Assembly: GCA_951406725.2 (NCBI GenBank)
Contig: OX597814.1
Coordinates: 190,774,001 to 190,838,000 of the forward strand
Length of the DNA: 64,000 nucleotides
Direction: 5' to 3'
Source of the DNA: Octopus vulgaris
Lineage: Eukaryota
The notes under the pieces are model-generated. The model did no database searches. It saw nothing but the letters and a program-made list of their open reading frames with translations, and was not told the DNA's origin. Within the stretch, counting starts at the first letter, position 1. Each line of letters begins with the position of its first letter. The position numbers were made by a program, and so were the translations under genes. Shown piece after piece: positions 12,292 through 23,988 of this stretch.

Positions 12292-13341
12292 TATATACAT
12301 ATATAGACATATATACACATACATACACATACACATACATACACACATATACACATATATATATATATATACACATATACACATACATATATACACATAT
12401 ACATACATATACATACACACACACATACATATATACATATACACTGATACACATACCCATACATACACATGCATATACATATATCACTACATACTCACAT
12501 ATATAAACATACTAGCAGTATCGCCCGGCGTTGCTCAGGTTTGTAAGGGAAATAACTATAAAGCATTTTTAGAGAGTTATAGCCAAAAAATAGCAAAAAA
12601 ATGGAAAAAAAATGATGGTAAATTTTTTTGAGAGTTAAAGGTAGAGTTGCGTCCCCTAGACGGTCTGTGGTTTGGGTTTCTAATTCTCGACCCCATGTCG
12701 AATTTATCGATTTTTTTCAGAACTGGGGGAACTTTTCAAAATTTTCTCTGCGTTAGTTTTGAATTATGACATTGGGCTATGTGTGTGTCAAGTTTCATCA
12801 GAATCGGTTGAAAGCCGTGGTCAGAGTGAGGGTACGAGAAAACAGACACACAGAAACACGCACAGACAAACTGCCGTTTATATAGAGAGAGATATACATA
12901 TACACACATACATATATACATGTACATACACATACGTATGCATATATACATATATATATATACATATATATACACACATATATATATATATACATATATA
13001 CACACACACACACACATACATGTACACATATACATGTATACATACACAAAAATGATACACATATATACACATACACACACACAGACAGATGCATATACAT
13101 ACATATATATATATAAACTACATATCTATATAAATACATACATAATACACATATACACACACATATATATACATTCATGCATATACGTATACAAGTATAC
13201 ATACACATACATACACACACACGCGCACACATACATATACACACACACATATACAAATACATACATACACACATACACACACACACATATATACATATAT
13301 ATATATACATACATGTACACATATACATATGTATATATATA
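11118..13341. repeat. Very long degenerate (TA/CA/TACA)n microsatellite tract
   Basis: Seen directly; source of the spurious 426-aa HTYI-rich ORF. Confidence 0.95.
12512..12892 (-). mobile_element. Non-autonomous Helitron
   Basis: Minus strand starts TCTCTCTCTATATAAACGGCAG and ends cctgagcaacgccgggcgatactgCTAG; inserted between A and T with no TSD. Confidence 0.85.
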
Positions 13342-13719
13342 TCAACAAGGGAGGGTAAAGTTAATTAGTTATTAATCAATTTCATCAAGTGTTCAGTATG
13401 TAAAGGGACCATTATTATTTTGAGTAAACAATGTTAGAGGAAAAAAATTCTCTAAGTAGTGGAAGAGGCTAAAAAACTTTATTGGCTGCTATTTTTTTTT
13501 TTTATTTTTTTATTTTTTTATTTTATTTTTTTATTTTTTATTTTTTTATTTTTTTATTTATCTATTTTATTTATCTATTCTTTCATCTAACTTACCACTG
13601 ACTCCTTGACCACTCCCCCGAGTATGATATTTTGCGCTATGCCTACCCCCAAAAGTCCCCCACCACCACTCCTTTAAACCTGCCTAAATGTATAAATGCT
13701 AATACAATTCTTGTTAAAT

Positions 13720-13770
13720 AGCTTCCTGAAGATTTCTCTTGAATGAAACAGTACTAGTCCTGTAGAAGCT
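13720..13770 (+). ncRNA. Type I hammerhead ribozyme motif, right arm
   Basis: agcttc-CTGAAGA-t-ttc-tctt-gaa-t-GAAA-cag-tactagtc-ctg-TA-gaagct: 6-bp stem I, complete stem III, GUA triplet (cut after 13764); stem II closed by a U-U mismatch. Confidence 0.65.
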
Positions 13771-13781
13771 CCTTCTATATA

Positions 13782-13824
<43 letters not shown>

Positions 13825-13849
13825 GGACCCCAGGTTGGGAACCACTGAT

Positions 13850-13907
<58 letters not shown>

Positions 13908-13990
13908 CCGGTTCGAAGATGTATGTATGTATGTATGTGGACGTGTACGAACATGTGACACTAACGAGTTAAAACAGTACAAGTTAACTA

Positions 13991-14074
13991 TTTCGCGTTA
14001 ACACCGCATTTCGGCAAACTCTTGTTGCTAGGACAACTAAAGAATCTCAGCCAATGAAATCATTTGTTTTTGAA
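13991..14074 (+). promoter_or_regulatory. Putative CEP95 promoter: E2F-like TTTCGCG (13991), RFX X-box GTTGCTAGGACAAC (14024-14037), CCAAT (14051), CHR TTTGAA (14069)
   Basis: Four motifs within 85 bp of unique, CpG-containing sequence, just upstream of a consensus splice donor. Confidence 0.6.
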
Positions 14075-14089
14075 TCGACCACTATTTTA

Positions 14090-14166
14090 AACTAAACGTA
14101 ATATTATGAATCTTTGCTGACGATTAATTTTTTAAAAACTTTACTTAATTTCAGTTAATTACAACG
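14090..14166 (+). other. CEP95: Probable non-coding exon 1 of CEP95 (start approximate)
   Basis: Donor ACG|GTAAGT at 14166/14167; the ATG exon has an acceptor (tttcag at 21630) and so needs an upstream exon. Confidence 0.55.
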
Positions 14167-14880
14167 GTAAGTAGATTTAATTTGATAGTTAAGTGAACCT
14201 TCGGTAACTTGACCCGTTCTTTGTATATTATATACTCTGAAGAATTGTCTATACTTCAGTGTTATATATTCTGCAAGAAATTTTAGCTTGTGTGGGCATG
14301 TCTACCAATTCTCTATACCCATTTGTTGGGTTGTTTTCTTACCCCAGCTCTGACCTGACAAGGTAGGCATATGTTTAAAAGCATTCCAGCCATGACCAGA
14401 ACGTCTCTGGAGCATTAAATATTCCGTTATCCAATGTGTGCTTTCGTTTATAAGACAGTGTTGTATGGTTTGTATAAAATTTGGCTACCGTTTCTAATCT
14501 GCTGACGACCACCCGGAGACTACCTCGCTGCCTTGAGAAATGTATTCGTCTGTGACACCTTTTATCCAAACATAACATGACTACAATTTATTAGTTGTTA
14601 CTGTATGTTTGTAATGATATAGTCTGGCTGGAGAGACTCTACTCATTGCGTTTGCAACCCCTCCTTGACAATTAAAACCACTGCCCTTAATGTTATATTT
14701 TCTTAAAGTACATGTCATCTTTCGTTACGAAAGACGGCTAAAATACAAGTTGACGACTTAAAAAAAAACATGGACAGTGAAGAAATTTCAAAGGCAAAGC
14801 TGATGTTATTGAAAGTGGGAAGATTTGAAATAGTATTTAACGCAATGCCGAGGAGGGTAGGCAAGATAGGTACTACTTAA

Positions 14881-15514
14881 GAAGAGTGGTCCCGGTGCGT
14901 GCACTCGCGCTAGCTAGTCGATCCATACTTTGTTTTTGTGTTGTATTTTGTTTAAAAAAATTATTTACTTTGTTTTAAAAAAGTTACTTACTTTGTGTAA
15001 AAAAAAATTGGTAAAATTACAGATTAACACCCGCACGATTTTCCCTAAGAAAAAAAAAAACTCGGATTTTTTGCGTGGAATCAAGTACCCTGACCTCCTA
15101 ATATGCTGGAAATCCCATATTTCGGTTCGGAATTGGTCGGGAGCCCCCCCCCCCCCCGGAATTTTCACACAAAAAAGAACTCTGATTTTTTGCGTGGAAT
15201 CAAGTACTGTGACCTCGTAATATGCTGTAAATCCCATATTTGGGTTCGGAAGGGTGGGGGGGCAGCCCCCTCCCCCACCCTTCCGAACCGAAATATGGGA
15301 TTTACAGCATATTACGAGGTCACAGTACTTGATTCCACGCAAAAAATCAGAGTTCTTTTTTTTTAGTGAAAATCGTGCGGGTGTTAATCTGTAATTTTAC
15401 CAAAAAAGGTATTTATTTTGTGTTTTATTTACTTTGCTAGGTAGTCGTTGTAGGAGTGACTACTCACGACTAGCTAGCGCGAGTACGTGAGTGTGCGCAC
15501 CGGGACCACTCTTC
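14881..15514. mobile_element. Foldback MITE with TTAA flanks (Kolobok-like)
   Basis: TTAA|GAAGAGTGGTCCCGGTGCG...CGCACCGGGACCACTCTTC|TTAA; nested palindrome centred near 15265. Confidence 0.75.
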
Positions 15515-16050
15515 TTAACTAATACCAGCAGGATATAGGTGACAGAATAGAGGAAGAAGAGTAAGTTAGGCCTGATTAGCGGTCGCCCTAGACCAGCCAT
15601 CTCTGATGAGCAGTGGTCTCTGTGGTGGCCGAGAAAGAAGACAACACATCTGTGGGCCAGAGAATTCGATTGTTTTGGTCAGCTATTTCATACCATTCAG
15701 TAGGGTGGCTGTTCGTATGGTTAACAGCTGCACCGCCCCAGATGTGGGACCAGTATTTCATTCTAGATTTTATTTCAGCTTTGCAGAAAGTTATCAGCTG
15801 TTAGCCGAAATATTTTCTGGTCCTGACGGGGAAAAGCAGTCTTTGTGATAGTTTTATGTTGAAGATGTGATTCCGAAGCCTTCTGTTTGCAGCGACTTAG
15901 AAAGTTTTAGTATTGTAACAACTAGTGGTGAGTAGTATACGAGAATGTTTCCTTGATATGTGTGCTGTTGAAGAAACATGATAAGCTTGACCCATTGAAG
16001 AATGTTTCCAGGGTCTCTGAGCATGGAAGCAATGCAGATATGACGTGAGG

Positions 16051-16683
16051 GGATCTTTTCCTTTTGAACGGCAGACAATTTCTAGTTAACTAAACACTTT
16101 TAAACTTCGTATACTGGTAGAATGTGTCAAAATAAAACATTTTTTTCTCTTGGCTTTCTTGAGAAAATTGTAATTTGTTTGTTTAACGTAGTTTAATTTT
16201 TCGAATTCTAACCAATCCTATGCTCTCTTTTGAGCTAAAATCATTTGCTGCGTCTAAAACTGAGACAACATCCTGTAACTAACCCTAAACCTCCCCCTAA
16301 CCCTAACCCTAAATTTATTTTTTTAATTGTTAAATTAATTTAATTGTTACGCGTGTAAAAAAAAACTAACGCAATGGAAAATAATTTAAACAATTAACAA
16401 ACAAAAAAAAATTAGGGTTAGCAGGAGGTTTAGGGTTAGTTACAGGATGTTATCTCAGTTTTAGACACAGCAAATGATTTTAGTTAAATGGAGGTAATCG
16501 ATTGGTTAAAATTGCCGAAATGCTCAGATTTTCAGACGAAATATCTTACAAACTATAGAATTTTCTCGATAAAACCAACAGAAAATGATGTTTTATAAAC
16601 ACATTCTACCAGTATACGAAGTTTAAAAGTGTTTAGTTACCTAGAAATTATGTTACAAACTGCCGTTCAAAAGGAAAAGATCC
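16051..16683. mobile_element. Foldback DNA transposon (Merlin- or MULE-like) with telomere-like core, copy 1
   Basis: TIR GGATCTTTTCCTTTTGAACGGCAG; exact 9-bp TSD GACGTGAGG (16042-16050, 16684-16692); CCCTAA and TTAGGG units inside. Confidence 0.85.
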
Positions 16684-17284
16684 GACGTGAGGTGCCTTGG
16701 TTCATGGCGAATTAAGTGTGTGTGTTGAAAGAGAGTCGTGAAAGGTCTTATTTGCATAGGATGTTGATAGTTTTCCACAGCCTCTTGTAATTTAAATGTT
16801 AATATATTTTCCGGCCAAAATGTACATTTCCACCTCAAGTTACAAAGTTCCAAAGAAGACCTCTAAGTGCTTGTCTAATATGCCAGAAAAGGCAACTAAC
16901 CCCTGCAAGAATACATGTAAAATGGTGCCACTAATGCTGCCGTTACGTTCTCAGTTCAAATTCCACCGAGGTCAACTTTGCCTTTCATCCTTTTGGGGTC
17001 GATTAAATAAGTACCAGTTACGCACTGAGGTCGATGTAATCGATTTAATCCCTTTGTTCGTCCTTGTTTGTCCCCTCTGTGTGTAGCCCCTTGTGGGCAA
17101 TAAAGAAATAAATATATCATTATTGTTTAACGTCTGTCTTCTGGCATAGGCTGGATGGTTTGACATGATCCAACGAACTAAAGAACTGCTTTAAGGTCCA
17201 ATGTCTGTTTTGGCATGTTTTCTATTGCTAGTGGCCAGGTATATACTGTTGTATATATCCTCAGGTTAACCAATGCTTTGTGAA

Positions 17285-17501
17285 GGCGGTGAGCTGGCAG
17301 AAACGTTAGCACGCCGGGCGAAATGCTTAGCAGTATTTCCTCTGCCGCTACATTCTGAGTTCAAATTCCACCGAGGTTGACTTTGCCTTTCATCCTTTCG
17401 GGGTCGATTAAATAAGTACCAGTTACTCACTGGGGTCGATATAATCGACTTAATCCGTTGGTCCTGTCTGTGTTTAGCCCCTTGTGGGTAGTAAAGAAAT
17501 A
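17285..17501 (+). mobile_element. tRNA-headed SINE family B with 35-bp target-site duplication
   Basis: Head ggcggtgagctggcagaaacgttagc, B box gagttcaaattcc, central gcctttcatcctttcggggtcga, tail gtaaagaaata; TSD 17250-17284 / 17502-17536. More than 12 copies in the window. Confidence 0.85.
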
Positions 17502-17576
17502 TGTATATATCCTCAGGTTAACCAATGCTTTGTGAAAGTGATAGGTGGAAACTATATAGAAGCTTATCTCTCTCTA

Positions 17577-18065
17577 TCTCTTATTATAAAAGGCAGATTT
17601 TATCTGCCTCCCTTTGGGAGTTATACAAATCTACAATATAGGATTTCTTCAATTACAATTTACCTGGCATTTTTGAGAGTACAATGCATCGCGTCATGCC
17701 AGGTCCAGTTTTTAAAATTTAAACTCCAATTAAGCAAACTTTACAGAAAACTCACATTCTGGTGTGTGTGTCAAATGCTTTTCTTAGTCTGGTTTACACC
17801 ACACGCAAACGCACACACACAGTGGGCAACGAATAAAATGAAAGTAAATAGCGACAGTGATTTGAGGAAGACTAAAGTGAAAGTATTCTGTCTATGACGC
17901 TGATAGATATATGAGTAAAATGTATGGGAAGCTAAGAGCTAAGAGTGAGTGAAAATGTTCTTGGAAGAGAGTAATTAGTAATAAAGTAAACATACACTCA
18001 TACATACATACATACATACATACATACATACATACATACATACATACATACATACATACATACAT

Positions 18066-18105
<40 letters not shown>

Positions 18106-19412
18106 ACACACACACATACATACACACACACATACATACACACATACATACATATACATACATACATACATATACATACATACATACACACACACACACA
18201 GTATTGAAGCTTGAGAACAATCAGATACATTTGCAACACATCTGTTGAAAATATTATTGTTCACACACATACATATATACATACAGACAGACAGACAGAT
18301 AGACACACACACACACGCACACACACACACACACACACATGATCCAGCATGGCCACAACCTCAAGGCTGAAACATATAAAAGAATAACAGAATATAAATG
18401 TGTGCAAAGTACAAGAAATATTAATGCAGTATATGGGGATTGGACAATAAGCATAAGGCAGTGTCAATGGTGGTTCCAGAAATTCCGAGCCATAAACTAC
18501 AGCCTAGAAGACGAGCCTCATCCTGAAAGATCTGTAGAACTCGACAAGGACATCCTGAAAACCCTGGTGGAACAAAATCTCATCGTAACTGTTGAGGAAC
18601 TAGCAGAGAAGCTTGGATTTGGTCATTCAACCATTCATTGAGACCTGTGTGCTATCGGAAAAGTCAGCAAATTGGGTCAATGGGTTCCTCACGAACTTTC
18701 CGAGTCTAATTGCATGCAGAGAGTGAATGTATGCTTTTCTTTGCTGTCATATCTCACCACTACTGCGCTATGTATATCTATATATATAAAACTGTAGTTG
18801 TGTGAGTGTCTGTCCCCTTCGATTTAGATTCCTAACTACTCCCACATTTTGCGGTACAGTTTAACCAAATTCGGGTAGCTTATAGTCGTGATTCATATCG
18901 AGCCCGTCTGAATATTAGCGCGCGTCTACGATGAGTCTACGATTTTAAAAATAATTTAACATCATTTTTTATTCCATTTTAATGCATAATTTTTCGTGTG
19001 TCGATGGCGGCGGAGTTGGCGTCCACGCTCACACCTGCACCTGTGGGGAAGGGAGTGTAAGGAAATCAACGTCGTAATGCGTTGTCAAGGAGACCAGTGT
19101 TCTTTTAGAACAACGACTTCATGGCTTGAAGACACCAAAACAGAAATGGCTAAGAAAGCGTCTACATGAGTCTACGATTTAAAAAAAAATTTACCATCGT
19201 TTTTTTCCATTTTAATGCATTTTTTCGCTATTATATAAGGGAAGTAACTCTCTAAAAATGTCTACGATGAGTCAACGATTTTTAAAAAAATTTACCATCA
19301 TATTTTTTCCATTTTTAATGCATTTTTTGCTATTTTTTTGCTATAACTCTCTAAAAATGCTTATATAGTTATTTCCCTTACAAACCCGAGCAACGCCGGG
19401 CGATACTGCTAG
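17577..19412 (+). mobile_element. Composite non-autonomous Helitron, copy 1
   Basis: A|TCTCTTATTATAAAAGGCAG ... hairpin cccgagcaacgccggg, CTAG|T; second Helitron 5' end TCTATATATATAAAACTG at 18777. Confidence 0.85.
18405..18750 (+). pseudogene. Mariner transposase N-terminal fragment inside the Helitron
   Basis: STRNINAVYGD...QWWFQKFR...SLEDEPHPERS...TVEELAEKLGFGHSTIH*DLCAIGKVSKLGQWVPHEL: two HTH regions and the WVPHEL linker; in-frame stop. Confidence 0.9.
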
Positions 19413-19740
19413 TATATATATAAATGGCAAAATGTCTGCATGCATGTCCTTTATACAAATCCACAATTTTTCAGTTAGAGGGCTCACACTTTCTATGGTC
19501 ATTCAAAACCGTCCAAGGGTGGTGTGCACATCTTTACATTTCCCCAGTCACCCCATAGAGCCATTAAAAAATCAATAGAAGTGACTTTTTTGTGAATTTT
19601 CTATCCAAAACCCAATCAAAATGCCCGGAACTTGATACGCCAATAGCTGTATGTGATTGGTCGGAGATTTGGACTGTACTTGCGTATGTGTGCACGCACG
19701 CAGCTGTATATGCGTGCAACGCCAGGTCATAGTGCTAGTC

Positions 19741-19771
<31 letters not shown>

Positions 19772-20715
19772 GGTGTATTTCCGTCTTCCCACTTGCATCT
19801 TGACATTATTTAAGCATTTACCATAAAACAATGTAACCATTTAGATAGTGATGTCATTGTTTATGCCTACCATAAAAATACGTGTAGCTGGTAATTTGCT
19901 TGCTCATCATGTAAAAGACTAGGGAAATAGGTACTTTATTTGGAAATATAGTGAATTAGTCACTACTTCTATGATCGATCCAGTGTAGCTCAAGTTACTT
20001 TGTAGCTTGTTGCTATAACACAATGGAGTGTCCACAGTCTGGTTGAAGTGAAGACGTCGGTGGTGGTAGCTTGTTGATAACTCTGTGCGTTCGTTCAATA
20101 GTAATTGGTCTACAGAGACAGACGGACGGAACTCAACTTGTTTATTCACAAGTTTTATTCACAGCAGTGGGTTATGTGCTATGTAAATGTCTTGTATAAG
20201 ATTTCTGTAAAGAAGTAAGTTGTGTTTTCTAGAGATGTCTATAGTGTGATAGCAGTGAATGAATGCATGAAGACATTGGATGTACTTTGTGTATACAGAA
20301 AGCGACTTGATAGAAATGTTTCTAGAAAACATGAGAGATAACGGCATCAAGTTTGGTCAATACTGCTGGCACACATGGATGAAGAATTGTTCTTGTGTGA
20401 GAGATGCCGGTGCAAACGTGAACCATACTACAAGCCGGAAGCCCTTAGAGAAATGAAGTGGAGGAACTCAATTAAACCTGGCCACAGCCACATTTATATA
20501 ACTGACAAACGGACGTAGTAGAGGAAGCCTGTTTATTCAGCCAATCACTGACCAAATAGAGCTATAAACATACTGTGTCATTTGAGATTAAAAATGTATG
20601 TGTTAAACTAATGCTAGTATAGACATGCTACAGAAACAAAGATTAGTAATAAGAAGGTGCATCTGGCTATAGAAGAATGCCTCAATAAATTTTTGTCCAT
20701 CCAATGCCAGAATGG

Positions 20716-21117
20716 CAGACACCCATAAAATTATTAACCATCCTACAAACAATAACTTTTTCAAACTCCATCTGTCTAACACCCGTTGACATGTTTACAA
20801 AGTCAGAAAACAACACAGCTCCCATGACTTTCGGAAGCATTTTTTCACGCTAAGAGTTGCTGAAGCATGGAACAAACTGCCGGCATCAATTGTTAGTTGT
20901 CGGAGCACTGCATCCTTCAAAACTTCCATGCTTCCTGAGATTTGCCAACTCTACACCTGATTTTCTCCCCTCCATACACACGTAAGCATGTATCTGACTC
21001 ATACACTGTTCGCTTTCCAGACATTTGTACATTACTGCATATGCTTTATACACACTTTTGACAAGTTGTGGGGCACCTGAGCACTGCATACAGTGATTTC
21101 ATTATTATTATTATTAT
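20716..21117 (+). mobile_element. CR1 LINE 3' fragment
   Basis: Closely matches ~1135-1539; (ATT)n tail. Confidence 0.85.
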
Positions 21118-21644
21118 GGAAAAAAAGAATTTTAAAATTATTACATTCATATATGTTTACTTGAGTAGAGCTAACCAGTGCTACTCAAGTACAGCTAAGG
21201 AGTGGAAGTGGGACTTATCAGCTAGATCAGTGAGTGATAGAAAAGTAAAAGTTATAGCCAGGTTTCAACTCAGGATTATGCAGTCAGTGTTATATTCATC
21301 ATCATCATTTAATGTCCATTTTTCCATCCTTGCATGGGTCAGAGAGAATTTTTCCATGCTTGCATGGGTCAGAGAGAATTAGTCGAGCTAGATTTTCTAC
21401 AGCCTGATACCCTTCCTGCCACCAACCCCCGCCTGTTTCCGAGCAAGGGGATATTGCCAAAGCCAGACATGACTTTTACTGGACACAAACATCATAACTT
21501 GTATAACTATGATACTAATTTACTACCATCACATGATGCCAAAACAAAGATACATATAAACACACACACACATATACGATGGCTCCTGTCTATCATATCC
21601 ACTCACAGTTATTTCCTTTTGATATTTCAGATTTTACAGAAATA

Positions 21645-21672
21645 ATGTCGAGCCAAGCCATTACTGACAAAG
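21645..21672 (+). CDS. CEP95: CEP95 coding exon 1 (MSSQAITDK-G)
   Basis: Acceptor tttcag at 21630, ATG 21645, donor AAG|GTATGT phase 1, in frame with the next exon. Confidence 0.75.
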
Positions 21673-23230
21673 GTATGTTCTGAGTTCAAATTCCGCCAAG
21701 GTCCACTTTGCCTTTCATCCTTTCAGGGTCGATTAAATAAGTACCAGTTACGCACTGGGATCGATATAATCGACTTAATCCGTTTGTCTGTCCTTGTTTG
21801 TCCCCTCTATGTTTAGCCCCTTGTGGGTAGTAAAGAAATAGGTAATAACATTATTTAGTATTGATATTCTGTATTTTGAAATATTCACTGCCCTCTACTA
21901 ACATTAAATTTATAAGGGAACTTCTCATCTTTTTATATGTTCCTAGGACTACATTATCTTAAGTGTCCTTCCCATTTTATGACTGCAGGAGTGTCATTTG
22001 AATAAAACTTGTTTGCATAGGTGCAAGTGTGGCTGTGTGGTAAGTAGCTTGCTTACCAACCACATGGTTCCAGGTTCAGTCCCACTGCGTGACACCTTGG
22101 GCAAATGTCTTCTACTATGGCCTTGGGCCGACCAAAGCCTTGTGAGTGAATTTGGTAGACGGAAACTGAAAGAAGCCCGTCGTATATATGTATATGTATG
22201 TATATATGTGTGTGTGTGTGTGTTTGTCTCCCTAACATCGCTTGACAACCGATGCTGGTGTGTTTACATCCCCGTAACTTAGCGGTTCGGCAAAAGAGAC
22301 CGATAGAATAAGTACTAGGCTTACAAAGAATAAGTCATGTGGTCGATTTACTCGACTAAAGGCGGTGCTCCAGCATGGCCACAGTTAAATGACTGAAACA
22401 AGTAAAGAGTATATCTTGTATACTGAGTGATCACATAATCTTTTTTGTTGTTTTGTTTTTTTATATTGATTCTTTAGGTCCCTTTTATAACTTCATCATC
22501 ATCATTTCTGTTGTTTAACATCCAATTTTCCATGTCTGTATAGGTCAGACAGAATTTATTGGGGTATATTTTATATGGCTAGATGCCCTTCCTGTCGCTA
22601 ACCCTCACCTGTATCTAAGTAATATTTCCACATGGCGAGACATATTTCTAGTGATCTGCTTTTCTTGAGGAGACTTATTGAGTTAAATACGTCAACACCA
22701 ACATCAAAATAAAAATCAAATGAAAATTGTAGTTAAGGTACCAGTGCTGGTGACACGTAAAAAGCACCGTCCGAACATGGAAGATGCCAGCGCCGCCTGA
22801 CTGGCATCCGTGTCGGTGACATGTAAAAGCACCAACCAATCGTGGCCGTTTGCCAGCCTCCTCTGGCCCCTGTGCTGGTGGCACGTAAAAAGCACCCTCT
22901 ACACTCAAGGAGTGGTTGGCGTTAGGAAGGACATCCAGCTGTAGAAGCACTGCCAGATCAGATTGGAGCCTGGTGCGGCCTCCCGGCTTCCCAGACCCCG
23001 GTCGAACCGTCCAATCCATGCTAGCATGGAAAACGGACGTTAAACCATGATGATGATGATTGGAAACATGATAATAATGGTCATTTACAATTATTGTGCA
23101 ATAACAAGACAGGGAGACACATACAGAGGGGAGAGAAAATTATGTGGTGTACATGATAATTTCTTGGAGACATTAATGTTACAAGGAAGTGGATATGACT
23201 GGGAATCAAAACGATGTGATAAGATTTGGG

Positions 23231-23988
23231 GGATCTTTTCCTTTTGAATGGCAATTTTCAACAAAATTTCTAGTTAACTAAACACTTTTAAATTTTGTAT
23301 ACTGGTAGAATGTGTCAAAATAAAACATTTTTTTCTCTTGGCTTTCTTGAGAAAATTGTAATTTGTAAGTTTAACGTAGTTTAATTTTTCGAATTTTAAC
23401 CAATCAATCGCCTCTAATTGAGCTAAAATCATTTGCTGCATCTAAAACTGAGACAACATCCTGTCGCTGTTATGTTTACGTACGGAATGTTTACATACGG
23501 AAAGTGTGTGTATAAAATTATAGAATTATTTTGTTTGTTAATTGTTTAAATTATTTTCCATTGCTTTCATTTTAGCCTTTTGTTTTGTTTTTTTATCTTA
23601 AGCAATGGAAAATAGTTTAAACAATACACATGTATCTCAAAACAAAAACAAAACGAATAATTTTAGACACACGCGTAACAATTAAATTAATTTAACAATT
23701 AAGAAAAAAAAACCGAAAGGCTAAAATTTAGGGTTAGGGTTAGAGTTAGTGTGACAGGATGTTGTCTCAGTTTTAGACGCAGCAAATGATTTTAGCTCAA
23801 TTAGAGGCGATTGATTGGTTAAAATTCGAAAAATTAAACTACGTTAAACTTACAAATTACAATTTTCTCAAGAAAGCCAAGAGAAAAAAAATGTTTTATT
23901 TTGACACATTCTACCAGTATACGAAGTTTAAAAGTGTTTAGTTAACTAGAAATTGTGTTGAAAACTGCCGTTCAAAAGGAAAAGATCC
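23231..23988. mobile_element. Foldback DNA transposon with telomere-like core, copy 2
   Basis: Same TIRs as 16051; flanks gatttggg / gatttggt; tttagggttagggttagagttag at ~23727-23750. Confidence 0.85.

Larger units (their letters stand above)
10712..13787. repeat. Long inverted repeat (arms ~10712-11005 and ~13491-13787) enclosing microsatellite and a Helitron
   Basis: Unique parts of the arms look identical by eye, e.g. gactttttgggggtaggcatagcgcaaaatatcatactcgggggagtgg versus its reverse complement at ~13610-13657. Confidence 0.9.
17567..19738 (+). mobile_element. Host Helitron interrupted 10 bp from its 5' end by the composite Helitron
   Basis: TCTCTCTCTA|TATATATATAAATGGCAAAATG ... gcaacgccaggtcatagtgCTAG|T; itself lies in a family A SINE remnant. 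Confidence 0.65.

Noticed and set aside
11351-12631. 426-aa ORF and the other H/T/Y/I or C/V/M-rich ORFs
   Set aside because: Translations of alternating purine-pyrimidine microsatellites, which lack stop codons.
18339-18641. Domesticated SETMAR-like gene
   Set aside because: In-frame stop, no catalytic domain, ORF start lies in repeat sequence; same in copy 2.
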